Assembly: GCA_964016885.1 (NCBI GenBank)
Contig: OZ024750.1
Span: forward strand, 34,286,001-34,350,000
Length of the DNA: 64,000 nt
Origin: Eledone cirrhosa
Taxonomy: Eukaryota
Direction of reading: 5' to 3'
The notes beneath the pieces were generated by a model. That model was given only the letters and a program-made list of their open reading frames with translations. It had not been told where the DNA came from and searched no databases. Positions 28,301-42,449 of this stretch are shown here, in pieces (position 1 is the first letter of the stretch; every line of letters begins with the position of its first letter). Made by a program: the position numbers and the translations under genes.

Positions 28301-29150
28301 GAGTCTTATCCTAACATGGGCAGCTTGAGTCTTATCCTAACACATGGGCAGCTTGAGTCTTATCCTAACACATGGGCAGCTTGAGTCTTATCCTAACACA
28401 TGGGCAGCTTGAGTCTTATCCTAACACATGGGCAGCTTGAGTCTTATCCTAACATGGGCAGCTTGAGTCTTATCCTAACATGGGCAGCGCGTGTCTTATC
28501 CTAATACATGGGCAGCTTGAGTCTTATCCTAACATGGGCAGCTTGAGTCTTATCCTAACACATGGGCAGCTTGAGTCTTATCCTAACACATGGGCAGCTT
28601 GAGTCTTATCCTAACACTTGGGCAGCTTGAGTCTTATCCTAACACATGGGCAGCTTGACTCTTATCCTAACACATGGGCAGCTTGAGTCTTATCCTAACA
28701 CATGGGCAGCTTGAGTCTTATCCTAACACATGGGCAGCTTGAGTCTTATCCTAACACAAGGGCAGCTTGAGTCTTATCCTAACACATGGTCAGCTTGAGT
28801 CTTATCCTAACACATGGGCAGCTTGAGTCTTATCCTAACACATGGGCAGCTTGAGTCTTATCCTAACATGGGCAGCTTGAGTCTTATCCTAACATGGGCA
28901 GCGCGAGTCTTATCCTAACATGGGCAGCTTGAGTCTTATCCTAACACATGGGCAGCTTCAGTCTTATCCTAACATGGGCAGCTTGAGTCTTATCCTAACA
29001 CATGGGCAGCTTCAGTCTTATCCTAACATGGGCAGCACGAGTCTTATCCTAACACATGGGCAGCTTCAGTCTTATCCTAACACATGGGCAGCTTCAGTCT
29101 TATCCTAACATGGGCAGCGCGAGTCTTATCCTAACATGGGCAGCTTGAGT
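19400..29150 (+). repeat. Older ~3.7-kb duplication enclosing the 2300-bp event (observed offset 6047-6073 bp)
   Basis: ORFs at 20209/26256 are offset 6047 and at 22847/28920 are offset 6073. GCTTAAG is at 21022 and 27069. The TAACCTAAC, GAGCCTT and CATAAGGG variants are shared between ~20.1-20.7 kb and ~26.2-26.7 kb. Confidence 0.85.
20941..25580 (+). repeat. Near-identical 2300-bp tandem duplication
   Basis: GCTTAAG is at 21022 and 23322, and AGCTGCAGTCATAT at 21881 and 24181. ORFs at 22847/25147 and 23063/25363 are also offset by 2300. Confidence 0.92.
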
Positions 29151-31399
29151 CTTATCCTAACACATGGGCAGCTTCAGTCTTATCCTAACATGGGCAGCGC
29201 GAGTCTTATCCTAACACATGGGCAGCTTGAGTCTTTTCCTAACACATGGGCAGCTTCAGTCTTATCCTAACATGGGCAGCTTGAGTCTTATCCTAACATG
29301 GGCAGCTTGATTCTTATCCTAACACATGGGCAGCTTGAGTCTTATCCTAACACATGGGCAGCTTGAGTCTTATCCTAACACATGGGCAGCTTGAGTCTTA
29401 TCCTAACACATGGGCAGCATGAGTCTTATCCTAACACATGGGCAGCTTGAGTCTTATCCTAACACATGGGCAGCTTCAGTCTTATCCTAACACATGGGCA
29501 GCTTGAGTCTTATCCTAACATGGGGAGCTTGAGTCTTATCCTAACACATGGGCAGCTTCAGTCTTATCCTAACATGGGCAGCTTCAGTCTTATCCTAACA
29601 CATGGGCAGCTTGAGTCTTATCCTAACACATGGGCAGCTTGAGTCTTATCCTAACACATGGGCAGCTTCAGTCTTATCCTAACACATGGGCAGCTTGAGT
29701 CTTATCCTAACACATGGGCAGCTTGAGTCTTATCCTAACACAAGGGCAGCATGAGTCTTATCCTAACACATGGGCAGCTTGAGTCTTATCCTAACACATG
29801 GGAAGCTTCAGTCTTATCCTAACACATGGGCAGCTTGAGTCTTATCCTAACACAAGGACAGCTTGAGTCTTATCCTAACACATGGGCAGCTTCAGTCTTA
29901 TCCTAACATGGGCAGCTTGAGTCTTATCCTAACACATGGGCAGCATGAGTCTTATCCTAACACATGGGCAGCTTGAGTCTTATCCTAACACAAGGGCAGC
30001 ATGAGTCTTATCCTAACACATGGGCAGCTTGAGTCTTATCCTAACACATGGGCAGCTTGAGTCATATCCTAACACATGGGCAGCTTGAGTCTTATCCTAA
30101 CACATGGGCAGCTTGAGTCTTATCCTAACACAAGGGCAGCATGAGTCTTATCCTAACACATGCGCAGCTTCAGTCTTATCCTAACACATGGGCAGCTTGA
30201 GTCTTATCCTAACACATGGGCAGCATGAGTCTTATATTAACACAAGGGCAGCATGAGTCTTATCCTAACACAAGGGCAGCTTCAGTCTTATCCTAACACA
30301 TGGGCAGCTTCAGTCTTATCCTAACACAAGGGCAGCATGAGTCTTATCCTAACACATGGGCAGCTTGAGTCTTATCCTAACACATGGGCAGCTTGAGTCT
30401 TATCCTAACACATGGGCAGCTTGAGTCTTATCCTAACATGGGCAGCTTGAGTCTTATCCTAACATGGGCAGCTTCAGTCTTATCCTAACACATGGGCAGC
30501 TTCAGTCATATCCTAACATGGGCAGCTTCAGTCTTATCCTAACATGAGCAGCTTCAGTCTTATCCTAACATGGGCAGCTTCAGTCTTATCCTAACATGGA
30601 CAGCTTCAGTCTTATCCTAACATGGGCAGCTTCAGTCTTATCCTAACACATGGGCAGCTTGAGTCTTATCCTAACACATGGGCAGCTTGAGTCTTATCCT
30701 AACACATGGGCAGCTTGAGTCTTATCCTAACACAAGGGCAGCATGAGTCTTATCCTAACACATGCGCAGCTTCAGTCTTATCCTAACACATGGGCAGCTT
30801 GAGTCTTATCCTAACACATGGGCAGCATGAGTCTTATCCTAACACAAGGGCAGCATGAGTCTTATCCTAACACAAGGGCAGCTTCAGTCTTATGCTAACA
30901 CATGGGCAGCTTCAGTCTTATCCTAACACAAGGGCAGCATGAGTCTTATCCTAACACATGGGCAGCTTGAGTCTTATCCTAACACATGGGCAGCTTGAGT
31001 CTTATCCTAACACATGGGCAGCTTGAGTCTTATCCTAACATGGGCAGCTTGAGTCTTATCCTAACATGGGCAGCTTCAGTCTTATCCTAACATGGGCAGC
31101 TTCAGTCTTATCCTAACATGGGCAGCTTCAGTCTTATCCTAACACATGGGCAGCTTCAGTCTTATCCTAACATGGGCAGCTTGAGTCTTATCCTAACACA
31201 TGGGCAGCTTCAGTCTTATCCTAACACATGGGCAGCTTGAGTCTTATCCTAACACATGGGCAGCTTGAATCTTATCCTAACATGGGCAGCTTGAGTCTTA
31301 TCCTAACATGGGCAGCTTGAGTCTTATCCTAACATGGGCAGCTTCAGTCTTATCCTAACATGGGTAGCTTGAGTCTTATCCTAACATGGGCAGCTTGAG

Positions 31400-34300
31400 T
31401 CTTATCCTAACACATGGGCAGCTTGAGTCTTATCCTAACATGGGCAGCTTGAGTCTTATCCTAACATGGGCAGCGCGAGTCTAATCCTAACACATGGGCA
31501 GCTTGAGTCTTATCCTAACATGGGCAGCTTGAGTCTTATCCTAACACATGGGCAGCTTGAGTCTTATCCTAACACATGGGCAGCTTGAGTCTTATCCTAA
31601 CACATGGGCAGCTTGAGTCTTATCCTAACACAGGGGCAGCTTGAGTCTTATCCTAACATGGGCAGCTTGAGTCTTATCCTAACATGGGCAGCGCGAGTCT
31701 TATCCTAACATGGGCAGCTTGAGTCTTATCCTAACACATGGGCAGCTTGAGTCTTATCCTAACACATGGGCAGCTTGAGTCTTATCCTAACACATGGGCA
31801 GCTTGAGTCTTATCCTAACACATGGACAGCTTGAGTCTTATCCTAACACAAGGGCAGCTTGAGTCTTATCCTAACACATGGGCAGCTTGAGTCTTATCCT
31901 AACACATGGGCAGCTTGAGTCTTATCCTAACACATGGGCAGCTTGAGTCTTATCCTAACATGGGCAGCTTCAGTCTTATCCTAACATGGGCAGCGCGAGT
32001 CTTATCCTAACATGGGCAGCTTGAGTCTTATCCTAACACATGGGCAGCTTCAGTCTTATCCTAACATGGGCAGCTTGAATCTTATCCTAACACATGGGCA
32101 GCTTCAGTCTTATCCTAACATGGGCAGCGCGAGTCTTATCCTAACACATGGGCAGCTTGAGTCTTATCCTAACACATGGGCAGCTTCAGTCTTATCCTAA
32201 CATGGGCAGCGCGAGTCGTATCCTAACATGGGCAGCTTGAGTCTTATCCTAACACATGGGCAGCTTCAGTCTTATCCTAACATGGGCAGCTTGAGTCTTA
32301 TCCTAACACATGGGCAGCTTGAGTCTTTTCCTAACACATGGGCAGCTTCAGTCTTATCCTAACATGGGCAGCTTGAGTCTTATCCTAACATGGGCAGCTT
32401 GATTCTTATCCTAACACATGGGCAGCTTGAGTCTTATCCTAACACATGGGCAGCTTGAGTCTTATCCTAACACATGGGCAGCTTGAGTCTTATCCTAACA
32501 CATGGGCAGCATGAGTCTTATCCTAACACATGGGCAGCTTGAGTCTTATCCTAACATGGGCAGCTTGAGTCTTATCCTAACACATGGGCAGCTTGAGTCT
32601 TATCCTAACATGGGGAGCTTGAGTCTTATCCTAACACATGGGCAGCTTCAGTCTTATCCTAACATGGGCAGCTTCAGTCTTATCCTAACACATGGGCAGC
32701 TTGAGTCTCATCCTAACATGGGCAGCTTGAGTCTTATCCTAACACAAGGGCAGCTTGAGTCTTATCCTAACACATGGGCAGCTTGAGTCTTATCCTAACA
32801 CATGGGCAGCTTGAGTCTTATCCTAACACATGGGCAGCTTGAGTCTTATCCTAACATGGGCAGCTTGAGTCTTATCCTAACATGGGCAGCTTCAGTCTTA
32901 TCCTAACATGGGCAGCTTCAGTCTTATCCTAACATGGGCAGCTTGAGTCTTATCCTAACATGGGCAGCTTGAATCTTATCCTAACATGGGCAGCTTGAGT
33001 CTTATCCTAACATGGGCAGCTTGAGTCTTATCCTAACATGGGCAGCTTGAGACTTATCCTAACATGGGCAGCTTGAGTCTTATCCTAACATGGGCAGCTT
33101 CAGTCTTATCCTAACATGGGCAGCTTGAGTCTTATCCTAACATGGGCAGCTTCAGTCTTATCCTAACACATGGGCAGCTTCAGTCTTATCCTAACATGGG
33201 CAGCTAGAGTCTTATCCTAACATGGGCAGCTTCAGTCTTATCCTAACATGGGCAGCTTGAGTCTTATCCTAACACATGGGCAGCTTGAGTCTTATCCTAA
33301 CACATGGGCAGCTTGAGTCTTATCCTAACACATGGGCAGCTTGAGTCTTATCCTAACATGGGCAGCTTGAGTCTTATCCTAACATGGGCAGCGCGAGTCT
33401 TATCCTAACATGGGCAGCTTGAGTCTTATCCTAACACATGGGCAGCTTCAGTCTTATCCTAACATGGGCAGCTTGAGTCTTATCCTAACACATGGGCAGC
33501 TTCAGTCTTATCCTAACATGGGCAGCGCGAGTCTTATCCTAACACATGGGCAGCTTGAGTCTTATCCTAACACATGGGCAGCTTCAGTCTTATCCTAACA
33601 TGGGCAGCGCGAGTCTTATCCTAACATGGGCAGCTTGAGTCTTATTCTAACATGGGCAGCGCGAGTCTTATCCTAACATGGGCAGCTTGAGTCTTATCCT
33701 AACACATGGGCAGCTTGAGTCTTATCCTAACATGGGCAGCTTGAGTCTTATCCTAACACATGGGCAGCTTCAGTCTTATCCTAACATGGGCAGCTTGAGT
33801 CTTATCCTAACACATGGGCAGCATGAGTCTTATCCTAACACATGGGCAGCTTGAGTCTTATCCTAACACAAGGGCAGCATGAGTCTTATCCTAACACATG
33901 GGCAGCTTCAGTCTTATCCTAACACATGGGCAGCTTGAGTCTTATCCTAACACATGGGCAGCTTGAGTCTTATCCTAACACATGGGCAGCTTCAGTCTTA
34001 TCCTAACACATGGGCAGCTTGAGTCTTATCCTAACACAAGGGCAGCATGAGTCTTATCCTAACACATGGGCAGCTTCAGTCTTATCCTAACACATGGGCA
34101 GCTTGAGTCTTATCCTAACACATGGGCAGCATGAGTCTTATCCTAACACAAGGGCAGCATGAGTCTTATCCTAACACAAGGGCAGCTTGAGTCTTATCCT
34201 AACACATGGGCAGCTTCAGTCTTATCCTAACACAAGGGCAGCGCGAGTCTTATCCTAACACATGGGCAGCTTGAGTCTTATCCTAACACAAGGGCAGCTT

Positions 34301-37300
34301 GAGTCTTATCCTAACACATGGGCAGCTTCAGTCTTATCCTAACATGGGCAGCTTGAGTCTTATCCTAACACATGGGCAGCATGAGTCTTATCCTAACACA
34401 TGGGCAGCTTGAGTCTTATCCTAACACAAGGGCAGCATGAGTCTTATCCTAACACATGGGCAGCTTCAGTCTTATCCTAACACATGGGCAGCTTGAGTCT
34501 TATCCTAACACATGGGCAGCTTGAGTCTTATCCTAACACATGGGCAGCTTCAGTCTTATCCTAACACATGGGCAGCTTGAGTCTTATCCTAACACAAGGG
34601 CAGCATGAGTCTTATCCTAACACATGGGCAGCTTCAGTCTTATCCTAACACATGGGCAGCTTGAGTCTTATCCTAACACATGGGCAGCATGAGTCTTATC
34701 CTAACACAAGGGCAGCATGAGTCTTATCCTAACACAAGGGCAGCTTGAGTCTTATCCTAACACATGGGCAGCTTCAGTCTTATCCTAACACAAGGGCAGC
34801 ATGAGTCTTATCCTAACACATGGGCAGCTTGAGTCTTATCCTAACACATGGGCAGCTTGAGTCTTATCCTAACACATGGGCAGCTTGAGTCTTATCCTAA
34901 CATGGGCAGCTTGAGTCTTATCCTAACATGGGCAGCTTGAGTCTTATCCTAACATGGGCAGCTTCAGTCTTATCCTAACATGGGCAGCTTCAGTCTTATC
35001 CTAACACATGGGCAGCTTCAGTCTTATCCTAACATGGGCAGCTTGAGTCTTATCCTAACACATGGGCAGCTTCAGTCTTATCCTAACACATGGGCAGCTT
35101 GAGTCTTATCCTAACACATGGGCAGCTTGAGTCTTATCCTAACATGGGCAGCTTGAGTCTTATCCTAACATGGGCAGCTTGAGTCTTATCCTAACATGGG
35201 CAGCTTCAGTCTTATCCTAACATGGGCAGCTTCAATCTTATCTTAACATGGGCAGCTTGAGTCTTATCCTAACATGGGCAGCTTGAGTCTTATCCTAACA
35301 TGGGCAGCTTGAGTCTTATCCTAACATGGGCAGCTTGATTCTTATCCTAACATGGGCAGCTTCAGTCTTATCCTAACATGGGCAGCTTGAGTCTTATCCT
35401 AACATGGGCAGCTTCAGTCTTATCCTAACACATGGGCAGCTTCAGTCTTATCCTAACATGGGCAGCTTCAGTCTTATCCTAACATGGGCAGCTTCAGTCT
35501 TATCCTAACATGGGCAGCTTCAGTCTTATCCTAACATGGGCAGCTTCAGTCTTATCCTAACATGGGCAGCTTCAGTCTTATCCTAACACATGGGCAGCTT
35601 CAGTCGTATCCTAACATGGGCAGCTTCAGTCTTATCCTAACATGGGCAGCTTCAGTCTTATCCTAACATGGGCAGCTTGAGTCTTATCCTAACATGGGCA
35701 GCTTGAGTCTTATCCTAACATGGGCAGCTTCAGTCTTATCCTAACATGGGCAGCTTGAGTCTTATCCTAACATGGGCAGCTTGAGTCTTATCCTAACACA
35801 TGGGCAGCTTGAGTCTTATCCTAACATGGGCAGCTTGAGTCTTATCCTAACATGGGCAGCGCGAGTCTAATCCTAACACATGGGCAGCTTAAGTCTTATC
35901 CTAACATGGGCAGCTTGAGTCTTATCCTAACACATGGGCAGCTTGAGTCTTATCCTAACACATGGGCAGCTTGAGTCTTATCCTAACACATGGGCAGCTT
36001 GAGTCTTATCCTAACACATGGGCAGCTTGAGTCTTATCCTAACATGGGCAGCTTGAGTCTTATCCTAACATGGGCAGCGCGAGTCTTATCCTAACATGGG
36101 CAGCTTGAGTCTTATCCTAACACATGGGCAGCTTGAGTCTTATCCTAACACATGGGCAGCTTGAGTCTTATCCTAACACATGGGCAGCTTGAGTCTTATC
36201 CTAACACATGGGCAGCTTGAGTCTTATCCTAACACAAGGGCAGCTTGAGTCTTATCCTAACACATGGGCAGCTTGAGTCTTATCCTAACACATGGGCAGC
36301 TTGAGTCTTATCCTAACACATGGGCAGCTTGAGTCTTATCCTAACATGGGCAGCGCGAGTCTTATCCTAACACACGGGCAGCTTGAGTCTTATCCTAACA
36401 CATGGGCAGCTTCAGTCTTATCCTAACATGGGCAGCTTGAGTCTTATCCTAACATGGGCAGCTTCAGTCTTATCCTAACATGGGCAGCGCGAGTCTTATC
36501 CTAACATGGGCAGCTTGAGTCTTATCCTAACACATGGGCAGCTTCAGTCTTATCCTAACATGGGCAGCTTGAGTCTTATCCTAACACATGGGCAGCTTCA
36601 GTCTTATCCTAACATGGGCAGCGCGAGTCTTATCCTAACACATGGGCAGCTTGAGTCTTATCCTAACACATGGGCAGCTTCAGTCTTATCCTAACATGGG
36701 CAGCGCGAGTCGTATCCTAACATGGGCAGCTTGAGTCTTATCCTAACACATGGGCAGCTTCAGTCTTATCCTAACATGGGCAGCGCGAGTCTTATCCTAA
36801 CACATGGGCAGCTTGAGTCTTTTCCTAACACATGGGCAGCTTCAGTCTTATCCTAACATGGGCAGCTTGAGTCTTATCCTAACATGGGCAGCTTGATTCT
36901 TATCCTAACACATGGGCAGCTTGAGTCTTATCCTAACACATGGGCAGCTTGAGTCTTATCCTAACACATGGGCAGCTTGAGTCTTATCCTAACACATGGG
37001 CAGCATGAGTCTTATCCTAACACATGGGCAGCTTGAGTCTTATCCTAACATGGGCAGCTTGAGTCTTATCCTAACACATGGGCAGCTTGAGTCTTATCCT
37101 AACATGGGGAGCTTGAGTCTTATCCTAACACATGGGCAGCTTCAGTCTTATCCTAACATGGGCAGCTTCAGTCTTATCCTAACACATGGGCAGCTTGAGT
37201 CTCATCCTAACATGGGCAGCGCGAGTCTTATCCTAACACAAGGGCAGCTTGAGTCTTATCCTAACACATGGGCAGCTTGAGTCTTATCCTAACACATGGG

Positions 37301-40300
37301 CAGCTTGAGTCTTATCCTAACACATGGGCAGCTTGAGTCTTATCCTAACATGGGCAGCTTGAGTCTTATCCTAACATGGGCAGCTTCAGTCTTATCCTAA
37401 CATGGGCAGCTTCAGTCTTATCCTAACATGGGCAGCTTGAGTCTTATCCTAACATGGGCAGCTTGAATCTTATCCTAACATGGGCAGCTTGAGTCTTATC
37501 CTAACATGGGCAGCTTGAGTCTTATCCTAACATGGGCAGCTTGAGACTTATCCTAACATGGGCAGCTTGAGTCTTATCCTAACATGGGCAGCTTCAGTCT
37601 TATCCTAACATGGGCAGCTTGAGTCTTATCCTAACATGGGCAGCTTCAGTCTTATCCTAACACATGGGCAGCTTCAGTCTTATCCTAACATGGGCAGCTA
37701 GAGTCTTATCCTAACATGGGCAGCTTCAGTCTTATCCTAACATGGGCAGCTTGAGTCTTATCCTAACACATGGGCAGCTTGAGTCTTATCCTAACACATG
37801 GGCAGCTTGAGTCTTATCCTAACACATGGGCAGCTTGAGTCTTATCCTAACATGGGCAGCTTGAGTCTTATCCTAACATGGGCAGCGCGAGTCTTATCCT
37901 AACATGGGCAGCTTGAGTCTTATCCTAACACATGGGCAGCTTCAGTCTTATCCTAACATGGGCAGCTTGAGTCTTATCCTAACACATGGGCAGCTTCAGT
38001 CTTATCCTAACATGGGCAGCGCGAGTCTTATCCTAACACATGGGCAGCTTGAGTCTTATCCTAACACATGGGCAGCTTCAGTCTTATCCTAACATGGGCA
38101 GCGCGAGTCTTATCCTAACATGGGCAGCTTGAGTCTTATTCTAACATGGGCAGCGCGAGTCTTATCCTAACATGGGCAGCTTGAGTCTTATCCTAACACA
38201 TGGGCAGCTTCAGTCTTATCCTAACATGGGCAGCTTGAGTCTTATCCTAACACATGGGCAGCTTCAGTCTTATCCTAACATGGGCAGCTTGAGTCTTATC
38301 CTAACACATGGGCAGCATGAGTCTTATCCTAACACATGGGCAGCTTGAGTCTTATCCTAACACAAGGGCAGCATGAGTCTTATCCTAACACATGGGCAGC
38401 TTCAGTCTTATCCTAACACATGGGCAGCTTGAGTCTTATCCTAACACATGGGCAGCTTGAGTCTTATCCTAACACATGGGCAGCTTCAGTCTTATCCTAA
38501 CACATGGGCAGCTTGAGTCTTATCCTAACACAAGGGCAGCATGAGTCTTATCCTAACACATGGGCAGCTTCAGTCTTATCCTAACACATGGGCAGCTTGA
38601 GTCTTATCCTAACACATGGGCAGCATGAGTCTTATCCTAACACAAGGGCAGCATGAGTCTTATCCTAACACAAGGGCAGCTTGAGTCTTATCCTAACACA
38701 TGGGCAGCTTCAGTCTTATCCTAACACAAGGGCAGCATGAGTCTTATCCTAACACATGGGCAGCTTGAGTCTTATCCTAACACATGGGCAGCTTGAGTCT
38801 TATCCTAACACATGGGCAGCTTGAGTCTTATCCTAACATGGGCAGCTTGAGTCTTATCCTAACATGGGCAGCTTGAGTCTTATCCTAACATGGGCAGCTT
38901 CAGTCTTATCCTAACATGGGCAGCTTCAGTCTTATCCGAACACATGGGCAGCTTCAGTCTTATCCTAACATGGGCAGCTTGAGTCTTATCCTAACACATG
39001 GGCAGCTTCAGTCTTATCCTAACACATGGGCAGCTTGAGTCTTATCCTAACACATGGGCAGCTTGAGTCTTATCCTAACATGGGCAGCTTGAGTCTTATC
39101 CTAACATGGGCAGCTTGAGTCTTATCCTAACATGGGCAGCTTCAGTCTTATCCTAACATGGGCAGCTTCAATCTTATCCTAACATGGGCAGCTTGAGTCT
39201 TATCCTAACATGGGCAGCTTGAGTCTTATCCTAACATGGGCCGCTTGAGTCTTATCCTAACATGGGCAGCTTGATTCTTATCCTAACATGGGCAGCTTCA
39301 GTCTTATCCTAACATGGGCAGCTTGAGTCTTATCCTAACATGGGCAGCTTCAGTCTTATCCTAACACATGGGCAGCTTCAGTCTTATCCTAACATGGGCA
39401 GCTTCAGTCTTATCCTAACATGGGCAGCTTCAGTCTTATCCTAACATGGGCAGCTTCAGTCTTATCCTAACATGGGCAGCTTCAGTCTTATCCTAACATG
39501 GGCAGCTTCAGTCTTATCCTAACACATGGGCAGCTTCAGTCGTATCCTAACATGGGCAGCTTCAGTCTTATCCTAACATGGGCAGCTTCAGTCTTATCCT
39601 AACATGGGCAGCTTGAGTCTTATCCTAACATGGGCAGCTTGAGTCTTATCCTAACATGGGCAGCTTCAGTCTTATCCTAACATGGGCAGCTTGAGTCTTA
39701 TCCTAACATGGGCAGCTTGAGTCTTATCCTAACACATGGGCAGCTTGAGACTTATCCTAACATGGGCAGCTTGAGTCTTATCCTAACATGGGCAGCGCGA
39801 GTCTAATCCTAACACATGGGCAGCTTGAGTCTTATCCTAACATGGGCAGCTTGAGTCTTATCCTAACACATGGGCAGCTTGAGTCTTATCCTAACACATG
39901 GGCAGCTTGAGTCTTATCCTAACACATGGGCAGCTTGAGTCTTATCCTAACACATGGGCAGCTTGAGTCTTATCCTAACATGGGCAGCTTGAGTCTTATC
40001 CTAACATGGGCAGCGCGAGTCTTATCCTAACATGGGCAGCTTGAGTCTTATCCTAACACATGGGCAGCTTGAGTCTTATCCTAACACATGGGCAGCTTGA
40101 GTCTTATCCTAACACATGGGCAGCTTGAGTCTTATCCTAACACATGGGCAGCTTGAGTCTTATCCTAACACAAGGGCAGCTTGAGTCTTATCCTAACACA
40201 TGGGCAGCTTGAGTCTTATCCTAACACATGGGCAGCTTGAGTCTTATCCTAACACATGGGCAGCTTGAGTCTTATCCTAACATGGGCAGCGCGAGTCTTA

Positions 40301-42100
40301 TCCTAACACACGGGCAGCTTGAGTCTTATCCTAACACATGGGCAGCTTCAGTCTTATCCTAACATGGGCAGCTTGAGTCTTATCCTAACATGGGCAGCTT
40401 CAGTCTTATCCTAACATGGGCAGCGCGAGTCTTATCCTAACATGGGCAGCTTGAGTCTTATCCTAACACATGGGCAGCTTCAGTCTTATCCTAACATGGG
40501 CAGCTTGAGTCTTATCCTAACACATGGGCAGCTTCAGTCTTATCCTAACATGGGCAGCGCGAGTCTTATCCTAACACATGGGCAGCTTGAGTCTTATCCT
40601 AACACATGGGCAGCTTCAGTCTTATCCTAACATGGGCAGCGCGAGTCGTATCCTAACATGGGCAGCTTGAGTCTTATCCTAACACATGGGCAGCTTCAGT
40701 CTTATCCTAACATGGGCAGCGCGAGTCTTATCCTAACACATGGGCAGCTTGAGTCTTTTCCTAACACATGGGCAGCTTCAGTCTTATCCTAACATGGGCA
40801 GCTTGAGTCTTATCCTAACATGGGCAGCTTGATTCTTATCCTAACACATGGGCAGCTTGAGTCTTATCCTAACACATGGGCAGCTTGAGTCTTATCCTAA
40901 CACATGGGCAGCTTGAGTCTTATTCTAACACATGGGCAGCATGAGTCTTATCCTAACACATGGGCAGCTTGAGTCTTATCCTAACATGGGCAGCTTGAGT
41001 CTTATCCTAACACATGGGCAGCTTGAGTCTTATCCTAACATGGGGAGCTTGAGTCTTATCCTAACACATGGGCAGCTTCAGTCTTATCCTAACATGGGCA
41101 GCTTCAGTCTTATCCTAACACATGGGCAGCTTGAGTCTCATCCTAACATGGGCAGCGCGAGTCTTATCCTAACACAAGGGCAGCTTGAGTCTTATCCTAA
41201 CACATGGGCAGCTTGAGTCTTATCCTAACACATGGGCAGCTTGAGTCTTATCCTAACACATGGGCAGCTTGAGTCTTATCCTAACATGGGCAGCTTGAGT
41301 CTTATCCTAACATGGGCAGCTTCAGTCTTATCCTAACATGGGCAGCTTCAGTCTTATCCTAACATGGGCAGCTTGAGTCTTATCCTAACATGGGCAGCTT
41401 CAGTCTTATCCTAACATGGGCAGCTTGAGTCTTATCCTAACATGGGCAGCTTCAGTCTTATCCTAACACATGGGCAGCTTCAGTCTTATCCTAACATGGG
41501 CAGCTAGAGTCTTATCCTAACATGGGCAGCTTCAGTCTTATCCTAACATGGGCAGCTTGAGTCTTATCCTAACACATGGGCAGCTTGAGTCTTATCCTAA
41601 CACATGGGCAGCTTGAGTCTTATCCTAACACATGGGCAGCTTGAGTCTTATCCTAACATGGGCAGCTTGAGTCTTATCCTAACATGGGCAGCGCGAGTCT
41701 TATCCTAACATGGGCAGCTTGAGTCTTATCCTAACACATGGGCAGCTTCAGTCTTATCCTAACATGGGCAGCTTGAGTCTTATCCTAACACATGGGCAGC
41801 TTCAGTCTTATCCTAACATGGGCAGCGCGAGTCTTATCCTAACACATGGGCAGCTTGAGTCTTATCCTAACACATGGGCAGCTTCAGTCTTATCCTAACA
41901 TGGGCAGCGCGAGTCTTATCCTAACATGGGCAGCTTGAGTCTTATTCTAACATGGGCAGCGCGAGTCTTATCCTAACATGGGCAGCTTGAGTCTTATCCT
42001 AACACATGGGCAGCTTCAGTCTTATCCTAACATGGGCAGCTTGAGTCTTATCCTAACACATGGGCAGCTTCAGTCTTATCCTAACATGGGCAGCGCGAGT
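31400..42100 (+). repeat. About 2.5 copies of a 3936-bp higher-order unit; the first interval is lengthened to 4494 bp, matching an internal 558-bp duplication
   Basis: GAGTCGTA is at 32218, 36712 and 40648 (offsets 4494 and 3936). ORFs repeat at 32012/36506/40442 and 32502/36996/40932. The GCATGAG cluster repeats at 33823/34381 (offset 558). Confidence 0.9.
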
Positions 42101-42449
42101 CTTATCCTAACACATGGGCAGCTTGAGTCTTATCCTAACACATGGGCAGCTTCAGTCTTATCCTAACATGGGCAGCGCGAGTCTTATCCTAACATGGGCA
42201 GCTTGAGTCTTATCCTAACACATGGGCAGCTTCAGTCTTATCCTAACATGGGCAGTTTGAGTCTTATCCTAACATGGGCAGCTTGATTCTTATCCTAACA
42301 CATGGGCAGCTTGAGTCTTATCCTAACACATGGGCAGCTTGAGTCTTATCCTAACACATGGGCAGCTTGAGTCTTATCCTAACACATGGGCAGCATGAGT
42401 CTTATCCTAACACATGGGCAGCTTGAGTCTTATCCTAACATGGGCAGCT

